From Octopus sinensis (taxonomy: Eukaryota), in NCBI RefSeq assembly GCF_006345805.1, contig NC_043005.1, positions 56,668,001 to 56,732,000 of the forward strand: a DNA stretch of 64,000 nucleotides. Reading direction: 5' to 3'. The stretch's first letter is position 1. Each line of letters begins with the position of its first letter. Below, in pieces: positions 1 through 14,328 of the stretch. The translations under genes were made by a program, and so were the position numbers. A model generated the notes under the pieces. It ran no database searches. It was not told where the DNA came from and saw only the letters and a list, made by a program, of their open reading frames with translations.

Positions 1-129
1 TTACAGTCTATAACACAACACATACTGTAAGGGTATACTGTCACAGACTGTAACACCATACGAACTGTCCACCCAGCCTATTTTGGAATTTGCCTCGGCA
101 ACCAACATAAATGTGTATCATAAATGTGA

Positions 130-1600
130 GGAAATGCTTCGCGACTGGACGAAAGGAAAATGAAAGGGCCTGCCGTTTGGAGTTCCTATGGTTTGGCGAG
201 ACCCCAGGGACCACACAAGCCACTGTTATTTTATATGTTCAACACAAAAGATGTTGGCAAGAAAAATAGGTGTAAAGTATCTTACCCCAATATTCTTTCG
301 GCAAGTAAACCTATTATGCACTCTGAGACACCCCCAATTCCAGTTTTCCTTTGGTTTACCTCTTCCTAAGATGAAGCTAAGGAACAAGAGTACGAGGTTG
401 ATAACGAAGATCAATAAATTATTTAAGAATTCTAAGACCCCTTTGATGGTACCGAAAAATCAATTCCTCAACAGTTTAGCCAAACAGAACGGAATGATTT
501 AGTTCGTGATTTGGAACTCTCCAAGGCTGCAGCTGAGATTCTCGCGTCCGGACTGCAAGTAAAACAGCTATTTAACCAAACTGAAAAAGTTTCTTATTTT
601 TGAAAGCGAGACCAGATTCTTCTGTCGTTTTTTTTTTTTTTTGTTTTGCTTTGTTTTTCAGAAGAAAAACGTTTTGTTTACTACCACGATATTCCCGGTC
701 TTCTCCAGGAATTAGGAATCCCCTCGCACAGTTCAACTTACTGGTGACTATTTCTAGACAGTTCGAAGCGCCGCTTAAAGTGTGTTCTCCTACACAACAG
801 CAATTCTTATGGAGCTGTCTCGGTTAGTCACTCAGTGGGTTTGTAAAAAGATACAATGCCATAGAAATGGTTATTGACCAACTAAAATATCATGAGCACA
901 ACTGGACCGTTAGTGTAGATTTGGAAGGGGTCAATTTCCTCCTCGACCAACAGAAGGTTTACACAAAGTATCCTTGCTATCTCTGCATGTGAGACAGCCG
1001 AGCTCGAGAGAAAAACTAGATTCAGAAAAAGTAGTCCATTTGTGAGACTCTGAAAACAGGCATGTCCAAATATTGTGAGTGATCCAACTGTCAGCCAAGA
1101 AAAATTGTTTTTCCCACCACTCCATATAAAGCTTGGCTTGATCAAGCAATTCACTAAGGGTGATGAAGGTTTTCAACATATGGTCTCTGAATTTCCTGGT
1201 TTGTCATTCTTGAAGATCAAAGCAGGTGTGTTTGACGGACTCAGATTCGTACCCTTGTACATGACGAGAATTTGTCGGAAAGATAATGACAAGACAAGAC
1301 AGCATGGTTGTCATTCGTAGTAGTCATAAAAAGTTTTCTTGCAAACAGAAAAGTAGAGGACTATGAAATTTCTTGTAAATAATATGCTGTCGGCTTTCTG
1401 TGATCTTGGGTGCAACATGAGAGTTAAATTCCACTTCCTGCATAGTCATCTCGATCAATTCCTTGAAACCTTGAAGGTGTAAGTGATGAACAATGGAAGA
1501 GCGTTATCAAGAACGATAGGATAAAACATGATGGCAGACTACTGCTAGAATATTAACGAGTTCTCCCTGTGTAAGTCTTCAAGCGCAAATTCTTGCCTGA
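130..1600 (+). pseudogene. Degenerate DNA-transposase remnant, probably Chapaev (CMC-Chapaev3-like)
   Basis: Broken frames carry VWRDPRDHTSHCYF, FPPLHIKLGLIKQF, KIKAGVFDG and a CNMRVKFHFLHSHLDQF...SDEQ-like tail. I recall these motifs from Chapaev3-type transposases; the family assignment is from memory. Multiple stops and frameshifts. Confidence 0.6.
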
Positions 1601-2233
1601 ATAAGATCTATTTGTGTTTTATCTTCCATCCTAATCAGTTTCTCAACTATGTACACCTATCTTTGTATATAATATATATTTTCAACTGAAAAGTAGATGG
1701 CAAAAAAATACTGGTACGTGATAACATTTATTTTACTCAGAATCAAAATCAGAAATATCTTTATAGCCTAATTCTTTTTGTAGCATACTAACTCGTATAT
1801 ATGAATAAAGTTAGAATCTCAAAGCATAGATATTTGTTCTTTTCCACCTAGGTTGAAGATAGTATATCTAGAAATTTATCAACTGGATTACATCATACCT
1901 CAGGAAATATTCGAATCACTGTCTGTTTAGTCAGCGTTAAACTATCAGTTTAACGGATTTTTCTACCTGGCATTCGGTGCTTGGTGCCTGTTGTCGATGA
2001 TGCGCATTACACGCCAAAATTGTACGATAAAACAGACCCATCCGCTGGTGCAAACGAAATTTCGTCAACCGATATTATCCTTGCATTTTTTCTATCAAAC
2101 ATCTATGCGAGATGATTTCTCAGAACGATTAAGGCGTCCTTAACACATCCAAATTAAAATAGATGTAGCAATTAACATTCGTTATAAAGATTGGTCCGTC
2201 GCTAATAGCTAATTTATACACACACACACACAC

Positions 2234-2452
<219 letters not shown>

Positions 2453-2809
2453 TGTTTCTTTATTAGCTTCACAGGGCTGCACACAGATAGAACAAATTAC
2501 AAGGTAGAGCTTTTCTTTTGGGGTAAAAAAAAGGGGGGGTTCGATCAAAAGGGATCGTAAAAGGAAAGAAAGAGGACAAAAAAAGGGAGGGGTTTTAAAA
2601 AAAGGGGGAGAGGAAAAAAATTGATCAATAGGGATCGTTATCACAGAAATGTCAATATGAAGTGTAAAGGGGAGGACAGGTGAGGTTTACCCGTGGAAAG
2701 AAAAGCGTACGGAAAAGACCACGGTAACCTCGGTCAATGAAATCACATGTTATATTTCTTTTTTTTTTTTTGGCAAATAAGCAACTCTCTGTATTAAATT
2801 TTACGGTTC

Positions 2810-5800
2810 ATAGAATCATAGTCAATGTGGCTTCGTTATTCATACGTGCCATCCTTGCTACATTCACCCATCTTTTTTTAAAACATTCGCTAGACAAAAC
2901 TTGCCTCTCTACTCTCACTTTCCTCTTCAAGTGATACTTGAAGAAGTTGATGAGAGATTGGCCAGAGAGGAAAATGTTTGTCTCTAATCCTTTCAGGCGC
3001 GTTCACCAGATACATTCTTTCGCCATAGCCACAAGTATGATAAAAATAGCTCTTCCTTCCCGTTTGAAGGAAGGAGTGTGACGATTAACGATAGACTCGG
3101 CTGATAAACCGACACGTCCCACACGTGACAGCAGTCGTTCGACATAAGTCCACAGGTCGGAAATTGTTGGACACTGCACGAGTGCGTGCAGAGCTTTTCG
3201 TCGCTCTGCCCGCATCTCGGGCAGGTCGGCCCCGTGTTTCTCGAGCCATGCCTATAGAGCTTATCCCGAACGGGTAACGCTTCTCGGTAGCACCGCCAGG
3301 CCAGGGATCTCTGGAAGTTATCCATAGGTCCCGGGCCGAAAGTCGTTTGAAACAGGCGAGTCGGGTATTCCTCGTCGACGCCCAGGTTTGCCCCAAGATC
3401 GTCGTCGTACCTCCCCTCCACTAATCCCCTATAGAATGTTTTGGTTGTGTTGAAGTCACTCAAGGTCGACCCGGGACAGCAGAGTTGCTTGAGAGCAACG
3501 CGACACTCGCGGTGCCATTCGCCCTTCCTCGGCCTCTTTTTGATCCACGACTGCAGTTCGGTCATGGAGACGAGCTGCGGGAAAGCGTGCCTCACAAACG
3601 GCGACCACACCTGTTCACCGTCGTCTACATAGAGCCAGAGATGTCGCAGTCTCAGCGCGTGTCTGCGCATCATCAACCAGGCATGCCCAGCCCTCCTTTT
3701 AACGGGTGTTGACAGCAAATGGATCGCCTGACCATCGGGACGCATCCTTTCCACAAGAAGCGGAAGAGAATGCGTTCTAGTTTGGTGATGGTAGGGTCGG
3801 GACTAGGTACGACGGTCAGGCGGTAGTAGATGATGGACGCGATGTACGCGTTCGCCACCTCCGCCCGACCTTTTAGGGACAGTTTCCTCTCGGCCCATTG
3901 CTGGGCGAGAGTGACCACCCTACTCGTTATCTCGTTCCAGTCCTTCTCCATTTGGAGGTCCGGACCGAACCAGACCCCGAGCAACTTAACCGGGCCGTCT
4001 GTCCAGCGTCCCACGACGGAGGTACTGGTGGACGGCATGGGTTTGCTTCTCCAGGTGCCGAGCCGCAAGCCCACTGATTTTTCCCGATTGATTTTTGCTC
4101 CTGTCACCGCTTCGTAGTCTTTCAGTGTCTCGCCGACCCGCTCGATGTGCTCGTGGCTTGACACTATGACGGTGACGTCGTCCGCGTATGCAGACACGCT
4201 CGTCCCGCATCCCAATTCTCGCGGGATGCCCCTCAGAGTCGCCAGCTTCCGCAGTAGTGGCTCAAGAGTCAATACGTATAGAAGCGCCGAGAGGGGGCAT
4301 CCCTGACGGACCGAACGTGCAATGTCGAAAGGTCTCGATAGATGTCCATTTACGCGAATTACCGAACGGATGCCTCTGTACAAGGCAGCTATCCAGCCGC
4401 GGAAGACGGGACCGAAACCAGCCGCTCTCAGGACTGCCTCCAAGTATCGATGGTCTACCCTATCGAAGGCTTTCGATTGATCCAAGTTGATCAGGGCCCC
4501 ACCCATGCCAGGTTCGTTAACTACCCTGTCTATGATGTAACGCATCAGATGGAGGTTGTCATGGATGCTCCGGCCCGGTACGGCACACGTTTGTGCGTTG
4601 TCGACCAGTTTCTCGATGACAAGCGCCAACCTCTTGGTTAACACCTTTGTCAAAATGTTCAGGTCTGCATTGAGCAGGTGATCGGTCTAAAGTTATCTAT
4701 AATGTTCCCCTTGTTTGGATCTTTCTTCAGCAGAGTTACAGCTCCTCGACTCACAAACCGGGTATTCTCCCGTTTTGCTGCCAGTTGCAGTATACCGCTG
4801 CCAAGACGTCTCCAAACAAGTCTGGCATACAATTGTAAAACTCGTAGGGCAGACCATCCAAACCCGGCGATTTGTCTCTCGAGCATTCTGCCATCGCGTC
4901 CCGCACATCCGCCGCCGTGATGGCACCTTCGCAGCACTCTGCCTCTCTTGCCGAGAGTCGTGGTAGGCTGTGCAGGTAGGCACTGAAGTCCACCCTGCGT
5001 TCACGCTCACCACTCGTCCCGTACAGTCGGGCAAAGTGCCGCTGAAATGTCTCGCACATCTTGCTGGGCTCGAGCAATTCGCGCCCCTGTTCATCTACCA
5101 GAGACCGAATGGTGGCTTTGTTGCCCTGCTGCGCCTCGGCCACCCGGGCCTCCCTCGCGGCTCCAACACCTTCCATCCTTAGAGCACGCATCCTAGCCCT
5201 GACAGCACATCCTTCGTGTTTGGCGTTGAAGTGTTGTTCAAGGGCCAACCTCGCCGCCAAAACGTCGGATGTGATGCCACTTCTTATTGCCTCTTCTAAC
5301 TTCTTAACTAACTCACCCTCTACTCTATTTCTATCTACGGCTAGTGCCTTGCTATATCTAATTGCTTCCGCTTTTACTGCTCTCTTGAGGCGAACCACCA
5401 TTTGTTGTTGACAATGGCTCCCGTTAAAGCCCTTTTTACTACGTGTTGATTCTGTCTCTGAAACTTGTCTGGACGGGAATGATGCGTTCAGTTTCCAGTA
5501 CCCAGGACCCTGTCTATGTGCCTTATCTAAGTCTAGCGTACACGTCACGAATTTGTGATCCGTGTAGCTGATTGTGTGGAATTGTGGACATCCTAAGTTA
5601 TCCTTGTCTGCTGTCCTACACAGTATCCTATCTAGATACGATCTCGACGACCCACTGCGGTTGCTCCATGTCCACGTTGGTGCATTTGGGTGGTCGAGTC
5701 GGTACCTGTCAGACAGTTGGAATCGTCTAAGCAGGTCTCTGAGGCATTTGCATCCCCTTCTGTTTTGTCTCTCCCCACATAGTCTAGATGTGTGTCCAAG

Positions 5801-6233
5801 GTAGCATTCCAATCCCCCACTAAAAGTAAAGGACGAGACGTTCCCAAGAATACTTCTAGACGTCGAAAGAAATCCGGCCGACCTGTTAAAAGCGGTGCGT
5901 AGACTGATACGAGTCGAAAAGCGCACCATTGCTGCCGTCGACATCCAGAACGATCAGTCTACCCTCCGGGTCTACGAATATCGTCTTGACTTCGAGATCC
6001 AGGCTCTTGTGAAAAAGTACCGCGGTGCCACTACCGCCCATCCTCGGCAGACAGGGAGCAAAATAAATGTTAAACTGTCCGCCAAACATGGACTTTAGGG
6101 CCCGTGGCTCGTGGAGTCTGATCTCACTTATGGCTATGATTCCCAAATCATGTGACTTGATGTCATTTAGGAGGTATCCTTGTTTCCAAGGAGACCCCAA
6201 GCCACGCGCATTCACACAACCAATTTTGACCAT
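2810..6233 (-). pseudogene. Tx1 ORF2 (APE endonuclease + reverse transcriptase + C-terminal zinc finger), frameshifted
   Basis: APE motifs: MVKIGCVNARGL, LLVGDWNATLD, SYLDRI, TDHK. Then GYWKLN, KSPGLDGLPYEFY, NFRPIT, LDQSKAFDRVDH, SVRQGCPLSALLY, AYADDVT, and TCPRCG...HALVQC. Split over several ORF-track frames. Confidence 0.93.
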
Positions 6234-6259
6234 GATTCTATTGGGGTGTGTGCTTTAAA

Positions 6260-8550
6260 ATACAAAAAGGAATGTACAGAGAGTTACTTACTTGTGTCGA
6301 AAGTTTTGGCTTCCTCGTTCTTTGATGTGTCTTCGAGGAGGTTTTTATAAAGTTTTCGGGAGAGATATTTTTGGAAACCCCCTACAGCATTTGGGAAGAG
6401 GGCTTTGAGTTGTGGTGTTGTGTTTGTGTGATGTGTAGTATTTTGATGTGTTTTGGGTGGTGTAGTGCGTGGATGATTGCTATTTTTAAGTCATCTTCAC
6501 AAATGTTTTTGTAGCCTGTGATGTACTCCATTAATTTTGGAGTCTTTGGTGTCTATCGCTGATAGCATTGTGTGTGTTTTTGTGGTGTTGGTGCTTGTTT
6601 GGTTGTGTATGGAGTTTTCAGGGTTCAGGTATCTCCCTGCTTTGGTTGCGATTTCTTTGTTTGGTCTTTCTTGATCTTTTTCTTTTACCCCCTGTGGCTA
6701 TTTGCCATTCTGTCGAACTTTCATCGTAAAATGAAAAGTCTGACGAATCAGCCGGGGGTAAGGGTAAAGCGTCTGGGTCTGTTTGTGCGGTTGTAGATAT
6801 TGTTGTGGTGCGCGGGGAGGGTGTTGCTGGGGGGTTTGTTGTGGTTATTGTTTCTCCTACATCCTTAGTGCTTGTCTTCTTCGTTGTTATTCTCGGTGTT
6901 GGAATTGGTTTAGTTGTTGTTGGTGGTGATGATTCTGTTCTTGGCGCTGGTGTTGGTGTTGTTTGGTTGGGTTGGCTTGTTCTTTTTTGTTTTTCATGCA
7001 TTTCTGCATACAGCTTCTGGATTAGCCGTCCATATTGTGGTGTGGGCAATAATGCTGGCTTTTGTGGTTTTTCCTGTGGCTGTTGTTGTTGTTGTAATTA
7101 TTTAGCGGCAGATTTGCACTCCTTTTTGAGGTGTACCTCACTGCCACATGTATAGCATCGTGGCCTTCTGCCCTCGACTACTACGTACAACTTGCGGCCA
7201 TCCGCAAGATGTACGTGGATGGGAATTTTGTTGATGTCTTGACTTATGTGGAAGAGAAACTCCATTCTCTTTCCCAGCCAGTCCTTGTTTTTCGAAACAG
7301 CGATATCTAGGATGTTTAAGTCCTCTATTTCGGATGTTATGGCGGATGTTATTCACAGTGTTGTTGTTACTTGGGGGACATTATTGATAATAACCTTCGT
7401 CACCTTCTGGCCAAGGTAACTCGGTGTCATCGTTAGTTCATCAGAATGAAGGGTTATCGTTGAGAATTTCTTCGCCAACTCTTCATTCTGAAAAACCACC
7501 TGTACGTGGGCGAACAAGTTCGCCCAAGTCACATAATCCTTGTATCCCCAGATGGGGCGTAGGCACTTTTCTATTTTGTCTGTGCTTGCCTTTTCTGGAC
7601 TTTTATTTGTTTTATTTGTTATTTTATAAACAATGGTTTTCTTTTTTTCTTCATTCAGTATGTGTTGTGGTATGTGTAAGAGTATTTTGCCGTTTTCATT
7701 GGTGATAAGGTTTCTGCAATCTTTTATTTGTTGTGTAGTAAACGAAACTCTTGTTACTTTTTCTTTTATCGCCTCGGCGAAGTTTGTTGTTGTTTTGTTA
7801 TTGTTGTTACTGCCGGTGGTGTTGGTGTTGATGGCAGGGGTGTGGGTTGTAGGTTTGTGGTTGCTGATTATGCAACTAGCAAGGGGTGGAAAATTGTCTG
7901 CGTAATTTGGTCCTGCATTAGCGCAAATTTCGGCATTTCGTTTGGTTGTCGTTGTTATTTTTCACTTGTTGGTGATGGAGTGAGCAGTGGTTGAAGGGAA
8001 TTGTTGTTGTCGTGTTGTTGTTGTTGTTGTTGTTGTTTGTTGTTGTTGTTGTTTTGTTGTTGTGTTATTGTCGTTCTTGGTGACGGCGGTGGTGTTAGTG
8101 GTATTAGTAGCATTGACGGCACGGTCTTTGGTGGCGGTGATGGTGATGTTGGTATTGTTATTGGTGGCGATGTCTTTAGCAGGGATAGCAGTTTTAGTAG
8201 CAGATGCTGCCATGGTGTTGTTGTCGGTGTTGGTGGTGGACTCACTGGTGGTGTTGACGGTGCTTGGCCTTGCGACCTTTGTTTTGTATTTGTTGCTGTT
8301 GTCGATGCTGATGGTGGTGGTGGTGGTGGTGAAAGCGGTGGTGGTAACAGTAGTAGTCTCTTTGTTGTTCTTGTTAGAGGTGGTGGTGGTGACAGGGCTG
8401 TTACTACAAGTGGTTGCAGCGTTTATTCCAAAATCATTTATGTTTGCACTTTGCGTGCATAAGTTCTTTTTTTCTCCTAGCGTTTCCAGACTAGGAAAAT
8501 GGTGGTCGATAGAGGAACGCGACCATCGTTCTAAAATACAATTTCTCGAC
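6260..8550 (-). pseudogene. Tx1 ORF1 (gag-like CCHC knuckle, long Thr/Asn/Gln-rich low-complexity tracts), frameshifted
   Basis: The minus strand near 7110-7185 reads VVEGRRPRCYTCGSEVHLKKECK, matching ORF1 of copy B (VEGRKPRCFLCGQLGHIRRNC). ORFs 7962-8636 and 6618-7049 are low-complexity pieces of it. Confidence 0.75.
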
Positions 8551-8750
8551 ATTTTCAAAATGTCGAAAAGGAAATTACACAAATTAAATAGGGTTGAAAC
8601 TGCCCCTAGGGGCGAATTCCTCCCTTGGAAAAGCACTCAAACGAAAGTTGGGTGCCTTACACACCTTATTTACAAAAATGTACACAAAATATGGGCTATA
8701 GATAGTCAAAATAAACGATTACCTTCGGAGCCGAACTGACATCACGTCCG

Positions 8751-8771
8751 TCGATAAATAGATAGATAGAT

Positions 8772-8840
<69 letters not shown>

Positions 8841-8889
8841 TAGATAGATAGATAGATGATAGATAGATAGATAATAGATAGATAGATAT

Positions 8890-8925
<36 letters not shown>
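8751..8925. repeat. (GATA)n microsatellite, right half
   Basis: GATA/GACA repeat abutting the Tx1 5' end. Confidence 0.95.
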
Positions 8926-9348
8926 TGGATATATCCAAAAACTGTTTTTCAGTACAACCAACAAATCTATTTCTGTCCTCACATTCTTACTCAGTCAAGT
9001 TTGTTACAAGTCTTTCCATGGTTTTGTTGTTTGTTTTGTTTTATTGTTTCTTAAAGTATAATCGCTTTTGTTTACTGTTAATAAAGTACTATTGAGAATG
9101 CCTTGAAACGGCTAATTACAATACAAACATCATTATCACGAAGTGGATCAATAAAAAAAAGAGTGACAAGTGTAGTACTAATAAAAGATTTATACAGGCT
9201 AAAATATCGATTTAGACGCCTCCCACATTGTCATTAGAGTAGATTACATGTGTTAAGTAAACTACATTGGATTCAACAAAGAGCTTTTCATAAAATGGAA
9301 GACGACGAGAAGAAAAAAAGAAACTGGAATTGTTCAGAGATGGCCGTT

Positions 9349-9573
9349 TGTGTGTGTGTGTGTGTGTGTGTGTCTGTGTGTGTCTGTGTGTGTGTGTGCG
9401 CGCGTGTGTATGTGTGCGTGCGTGCGTTTTGAAATGTAGGACAGCTATGAATAAAATGGAACAGGAAAAAGAGTAAAAAATTGTCTCTTAGCTTTGAACT
9501 ATAATAGTATATAGTACGTGCATATGTATATATGTGTATGTATGTAGATAGAGAGATAGACAGATAGACATAC

Positions 9574-9643
<70 letters not shown>
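9349..9643. repeat. (GT)n and (GATA)n microsatellites
   Basis: Directly visible. Confidence 0.9.
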
Positions 9644-9644
<1 letters not shown>

Positions 9645-10027
9645 AGCTTTGTTGATGATCCTTAATACTAACGTACAAAAAGTGAGATCAATAACAATAT
9701 ACCTCTAAGAGTTCCGTAACCCTGCTGCCAATGAGATGATGTTTCGTGGATAGTTTTCTAAGAGATGCTTCCCTTAACATAGTGAAATGCTACTTCTCGT
9801 TCAAATATATATTTTCATGTTATAAAATGAATTTTCAAATTACGCGTGTGCGCGCGCGCACATGCGTTTTTGCGTTCACATGCATGCGCATACACACTCC
9901 TGCATACACACTCGTGCACGCACGCTTGTTCGCGTGCGCAACATTCACGCTATACATATCATTATGTGTTTCTCATCTAAGGGCCATGTATGATTCTAAT
10001 TAAAATTTATGCGCAATAAATTGCTTA

Positions 10028-12106
10028 CCTTAATATATAAAATCCGTTCTGTCTGGCTGTCTGTTTGTGCGCTTATAACTCGAGTTTTGTTCATTCGATC
10101 GCGCTGAAATTTTAGACATAGATACATGAGAGAGCGAGGCGTTCCGTAATCTAAAAAGATTTTCAAAATTTTTAGTTTCAAAGTGAGAATCGCTATTTTT
10201 GTAATCTTTATGTCCTGTTTGTTCCGCCATTAAAACAACCAGTTGCTCAGACAGCCGGCACATACCATTTCACTGGCAACAAGGGGAATACAGGATGACA
10301 GTCAGACAAAACCGTCGCTATGCTGTCTGTCTTCTTTCCTCTCTCTGAGGAGTTAATAATCTTAATCTTTAGTTACAGTTTCTCATTCAAACTACATAAT
10401 AGGCAGGGTGTTTTGAGGGAGATTTGACTGCTATTTCTGCCAGGTCTAGCTACCATGTAGAGATCTCCCTCATTGGCTTATACATATATATATAATATAA
10501 ATAAAACACTTAAAGCAACAGGCATCAAATACAAAAGCCACGGTCCATGCAGTGTCATGGGTCAAAAAATTTCCAACTTCTTACCTAATGCGAGCCCAGA
10601 GTAATCTGTTATCTCTTACACTATTTCAGTATTACGTCCCTATTGTAATGTGAGATGCTGTTCTATATATTATATATTCCTTATGCTTTCCAAAACCGAG
10701 GGGTATCAAAAGATTCAGTACTATTTTGGCTACAAATTAAACTTAATTTCCATGCACATATTTGCATTTCAAAAATTTGACATAATCTTTTCTATCATAA
10801 AAATTTTATACGATGACGTCACATTTTCCATATGTGTGTGTACCTTAAAATACATCAATCACCACGACACACACCTTCACTCACTCACTCTATCTCTCTT
10901 TCCCACCCTCTTTCTCTCTCACATACACACGCGCAAGCACGCACGCACACATGCACACATACATACACACACACGTCCATTTCATAAAGACGTACATACA
11001 TCTTCCACTTTCTTTCTCTGTTCTTTTCGCTTTCTCTTCTTTCAATATCTGCTCTCTTCAAATATAATTTTTATGGATACAACTGCTTACAAAAATAGGG
11101 ATTAATGTATAATTTCTTTCTATGTTCATAATTTTTTGTTACAATATTGGGGAAAATATGCCACCAAAGAAAAGACGTAATCTCTCCAGAAACAATTATA
11201 AAGCAATGATTGTAGAAAGCCGAAGGCGAGAGTCGGAAGAGAGAAGCTCGATGAAATTTTCTCAAAATCAGCAAATGCATGTTGCAGCACTTAGTGCTGG
11301 ATCATTAAATCAATGTTTTAATGAGTAGACAGAGGTGCAATAGAATAGCTCTCAGAAACAGACTACGTACAAATTCGTTCTTCACAACTCCTGAAGCTGT
11401 TTTCAGATATGATCCATCCTATTCTTAAAAAATAGTAACTCTGTCCAAATTGGTGTGCTAAACACAAATTGTCTTTTCTGTAGAGCTTTAAAATTTTCAA
11501 ATGAAACAAATGGTCTGTGCTGCTCAGGCGGTCAGGTAACATTGCCAGCGCTACCAGCTCCTTCTCAGCCTCTTATGGATCTTCTAGAACGCATTTCCAT
11601 CCAGTCAAAAGATTTTCTGAACAATATCAGACACCACAACTCTGCAAATGACATCGTTCGGTGCATCTAAGAAGACAGATAAACATGAATTTACGACAAC
11701 GTCAAAGTCCAAGAGCAAGTCTATCACCTCATTGGACCCTGTTACCCACAAATGAACAACCACAGTTCTTCCAAATTTACTTTATGAGTGATGTAGGTCA
11801 ACAAACCCGAAGGAGGTGTCAACATTTCAGATGAGTCGTGTAAAACAGCGCCGACTGCTGCAAGAGTATATCCACTGACAGCTTCTCGGTGCGTTCAAAA
11901 TTCACACAACTCCCACAGGTTTGGGCCTGAAATACTCCAAACGGGCGCACAGCATGTTGCTTAGTCGAATTAGCCCATCATTTACTCCACAAATGTTTTG
12001 TTGTCAATGCTGTACTTTCCCATATCACCTGTTTCAACATAACTGTAATGTATTATATACAAACTATGCCATTTTAATCCCGAGCAACGCCGGGTGTCTC
12101 TGCTAG
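10028..12106 (+). mobile_element. Internally deleted Helitron
   Basis: The 5' end resembles the TCTAATATATAAATCCC starts at 12107 and 12635. The 3' end is a CCCGAGCAACGCCGGG hairpin followed by CTAG|T. It carries a Rep/Hel N-terminal remnant. Confidence 0.75.
11158..11830 (+). pseudogene. Helitron Rep/Hel N-terminal zinc-finger region remnant
   Basis: CLFCRALKFSNETNGLCCSGGQVTLP...FLNNIRHHN...MTSFGA...KVQEQVYHLIG...QFFQIYF, with stops and frameshifts. Confidence 0.8.
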
Positions 12107-13638
12107 TCTAATATATAAATCCCATTCTGTCTTTTTTTTTTTTTGTGCGCTTATAACTCGGGTACTGTTCATCTGATCGCGCTGAAATTTTAAACATGGA
12201 TAATTTGAGAAATCTAAAATGATTTTCAAAATTGTCGGTTTCAAAGTGAGAATCGCTATTTTTGTAATCCTTATGGCCTGTCCATCGGATAATTAAAACT
12301 TCGATTTTTATTTTTATTCGGAACTCCTGTTATGTATCCTGTTGTTCTTGCCACTACGTCAGTGAAAATCGAAATAAAATACTTAAAGCAAGTCGTCGAA
12401 TGCAAAAGCCAAAGAACTGTTAATACAAACATATATATATACATAAGATAGCAGGGTGTTTTGAGGGATATTTGGCTGCTATTTATACCAGGTCTAGCTA
12501 CCATGTAGAGGTCTTCCTCATTGGCTCATACATACATATATACATACATAAGACAGTAAAGTGTGATTTGAGGGAGATTAGCTGTTATTTCCGCTAGGTC
12601 TGGCTACCATGTAGAGGTCTGTCTCATTGGCTCATCTAATATACAAATCCCGTTCTGTCAGTTTTTTGTGCGCCTATAACTCGAGTACTGTTCATCCGAT
12701 CGCGCTGAAATTTTAAACTACTTGAAAAGGCAGTTACTTTAAGTGAGCAAAAAAGTGAAAATAAAGAAATAGAAAAGACTAATTGATTGCTTATAAAACG
12801 TGAAAATTTGGCGGTAGGTTGGTTTACATCTAAAACCTTGCCTAACGTTTGTCATCCAACTTTAAAAAAATAAGTGGTATTGTTCAATTTTTGAGATAAA
12901 ATTGTTTTACGAAGAACATGCCTTATGTTATTTTATTGCACATTGTGTTATTTCACCCCCGAGTTTCAACTCTTTTTGTGTCAGTTTTTGAAAGAAGAGA
13001 GACTTGCCTAAGCATTTTTGCGCCTTTATTGAGTAGCAGTTTCTATTTGCCTGTCCATCGGATGATTAAAACTTCCATTTATATTTTTATTCGAAACTAA
13101 TGTTACTTATCCCGTAGTTCTTACCACTACGCCAGTGAAAATCAAAATAAAATACGTAAAGCAACAGTCGTCAAATGCAAAAGCCAAAGAACTGTTTATT
13201 GCTTAAATATCACTTGTAATATTCACTTTGGAGATAAAACAGCGTTCAGTCTGACGTATAGGTGTCAACATGAGGTATGTTCTATGGAAGAGTACATTGT
13301 GCGTATCCTAATGTGAAAGTGTTTGAGTGCAAAACGTTTAAGGTTGATTATGATGTCTGATTCCACTGGAAGTTGTATATATTGTGGGCTGTACAGCTTT
13401 CCTTCATTTTATTGGCCTCGTGACAATTTTGAAAAGGTTCACTGTGTTAAGAATTACTATCAATCGATTTTCCTTTTTTAGAAGAAACAGTCAACAGTTT
13501 TAAAGTCCCAGGAACCTTTAATGCCCTAACCAAAAGTAACAACCCGATACAATCACCAAACATCTCCGCAATTTAACACCGTCCAAGTTAAACCTCTTCA
13601 CCTATACAAACCGTCCAATGGACGGGGGTGTTTGCTAG
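12107..13638 (+). mobile_element. Tandem non-autonomous Helitrons (5' ends at 12107 and 12635; 3' end at 13638)
   Basis: A|TC start at 12635, and a CCGTCCAATGGACGG hairpin followed by CTAG|T at 13635-13638, giving the canonical AT target. The first ~100 bp are shared with the copies at 10028 and 12107. Confidence 0.75.
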
Positions 13639-14328
13639 TACTTCTACAATACACAAAATATTTAGATTTTTTTAATACAATTCCTAATAGCATTTAATTA
13701 ACAAACCATGAGATTGCATCGAGCTCCTATCTCCTTTGGTATGGTTTCTATGGTTGAATGCCCTTCCTAATGCCAACCAATTTACAGAATGTACTGGCTT
13801 TTTTTGTGTGGCATCACCAGCAATTAAATCATCAAGTAACTAGCAAGACAAAATCCCTCGACACATTTCAGTGTCAATATTGAAGGAGGTGACGTTATAG
13901 TAAGTGTTGAGGGACTAAGGTGCAACAGAGGACAGGAACAGTGCCTTCTTGTACAAGGGATACATGGCTCTCTCAGCTGGAAAAAGAGCAAAGATGGTAA
14001 TGGTGCGTTATTAGGGTATACCTTTGCAGGTATGCCCTGATATCTTAGTAATAGCTCCTCAAAGCGTAGACAGTTGGGACAAATTCCAAGAAGGGACACA
14101 GTAAACCATTTAATTCCGTGAAATCGTTTTCCTCACAATTCCATCATAAATTTGCTAACCGTAAATAAAGTAAAATCTATAAAGACTCGAAAACCAAAAG
14201 AGACTATGAATATGCAGTGAGTGCAGCTTTACCCATTTGCCTGGGACAAAACACATAATTTGTACCTTCCCCTTAAAAATTTCAGGCCTTGTACCTCTAG
14301 TAGAAAGGAATATTGTTATTGGTTATTA

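Noticed and set aside
7987-8739. 250-aa hydrophobic Val-rich ORF resembling a membrane protein
   Set aside because: It is the antisense shadow of the Thr/Asn-rich Tx1 ORF1.
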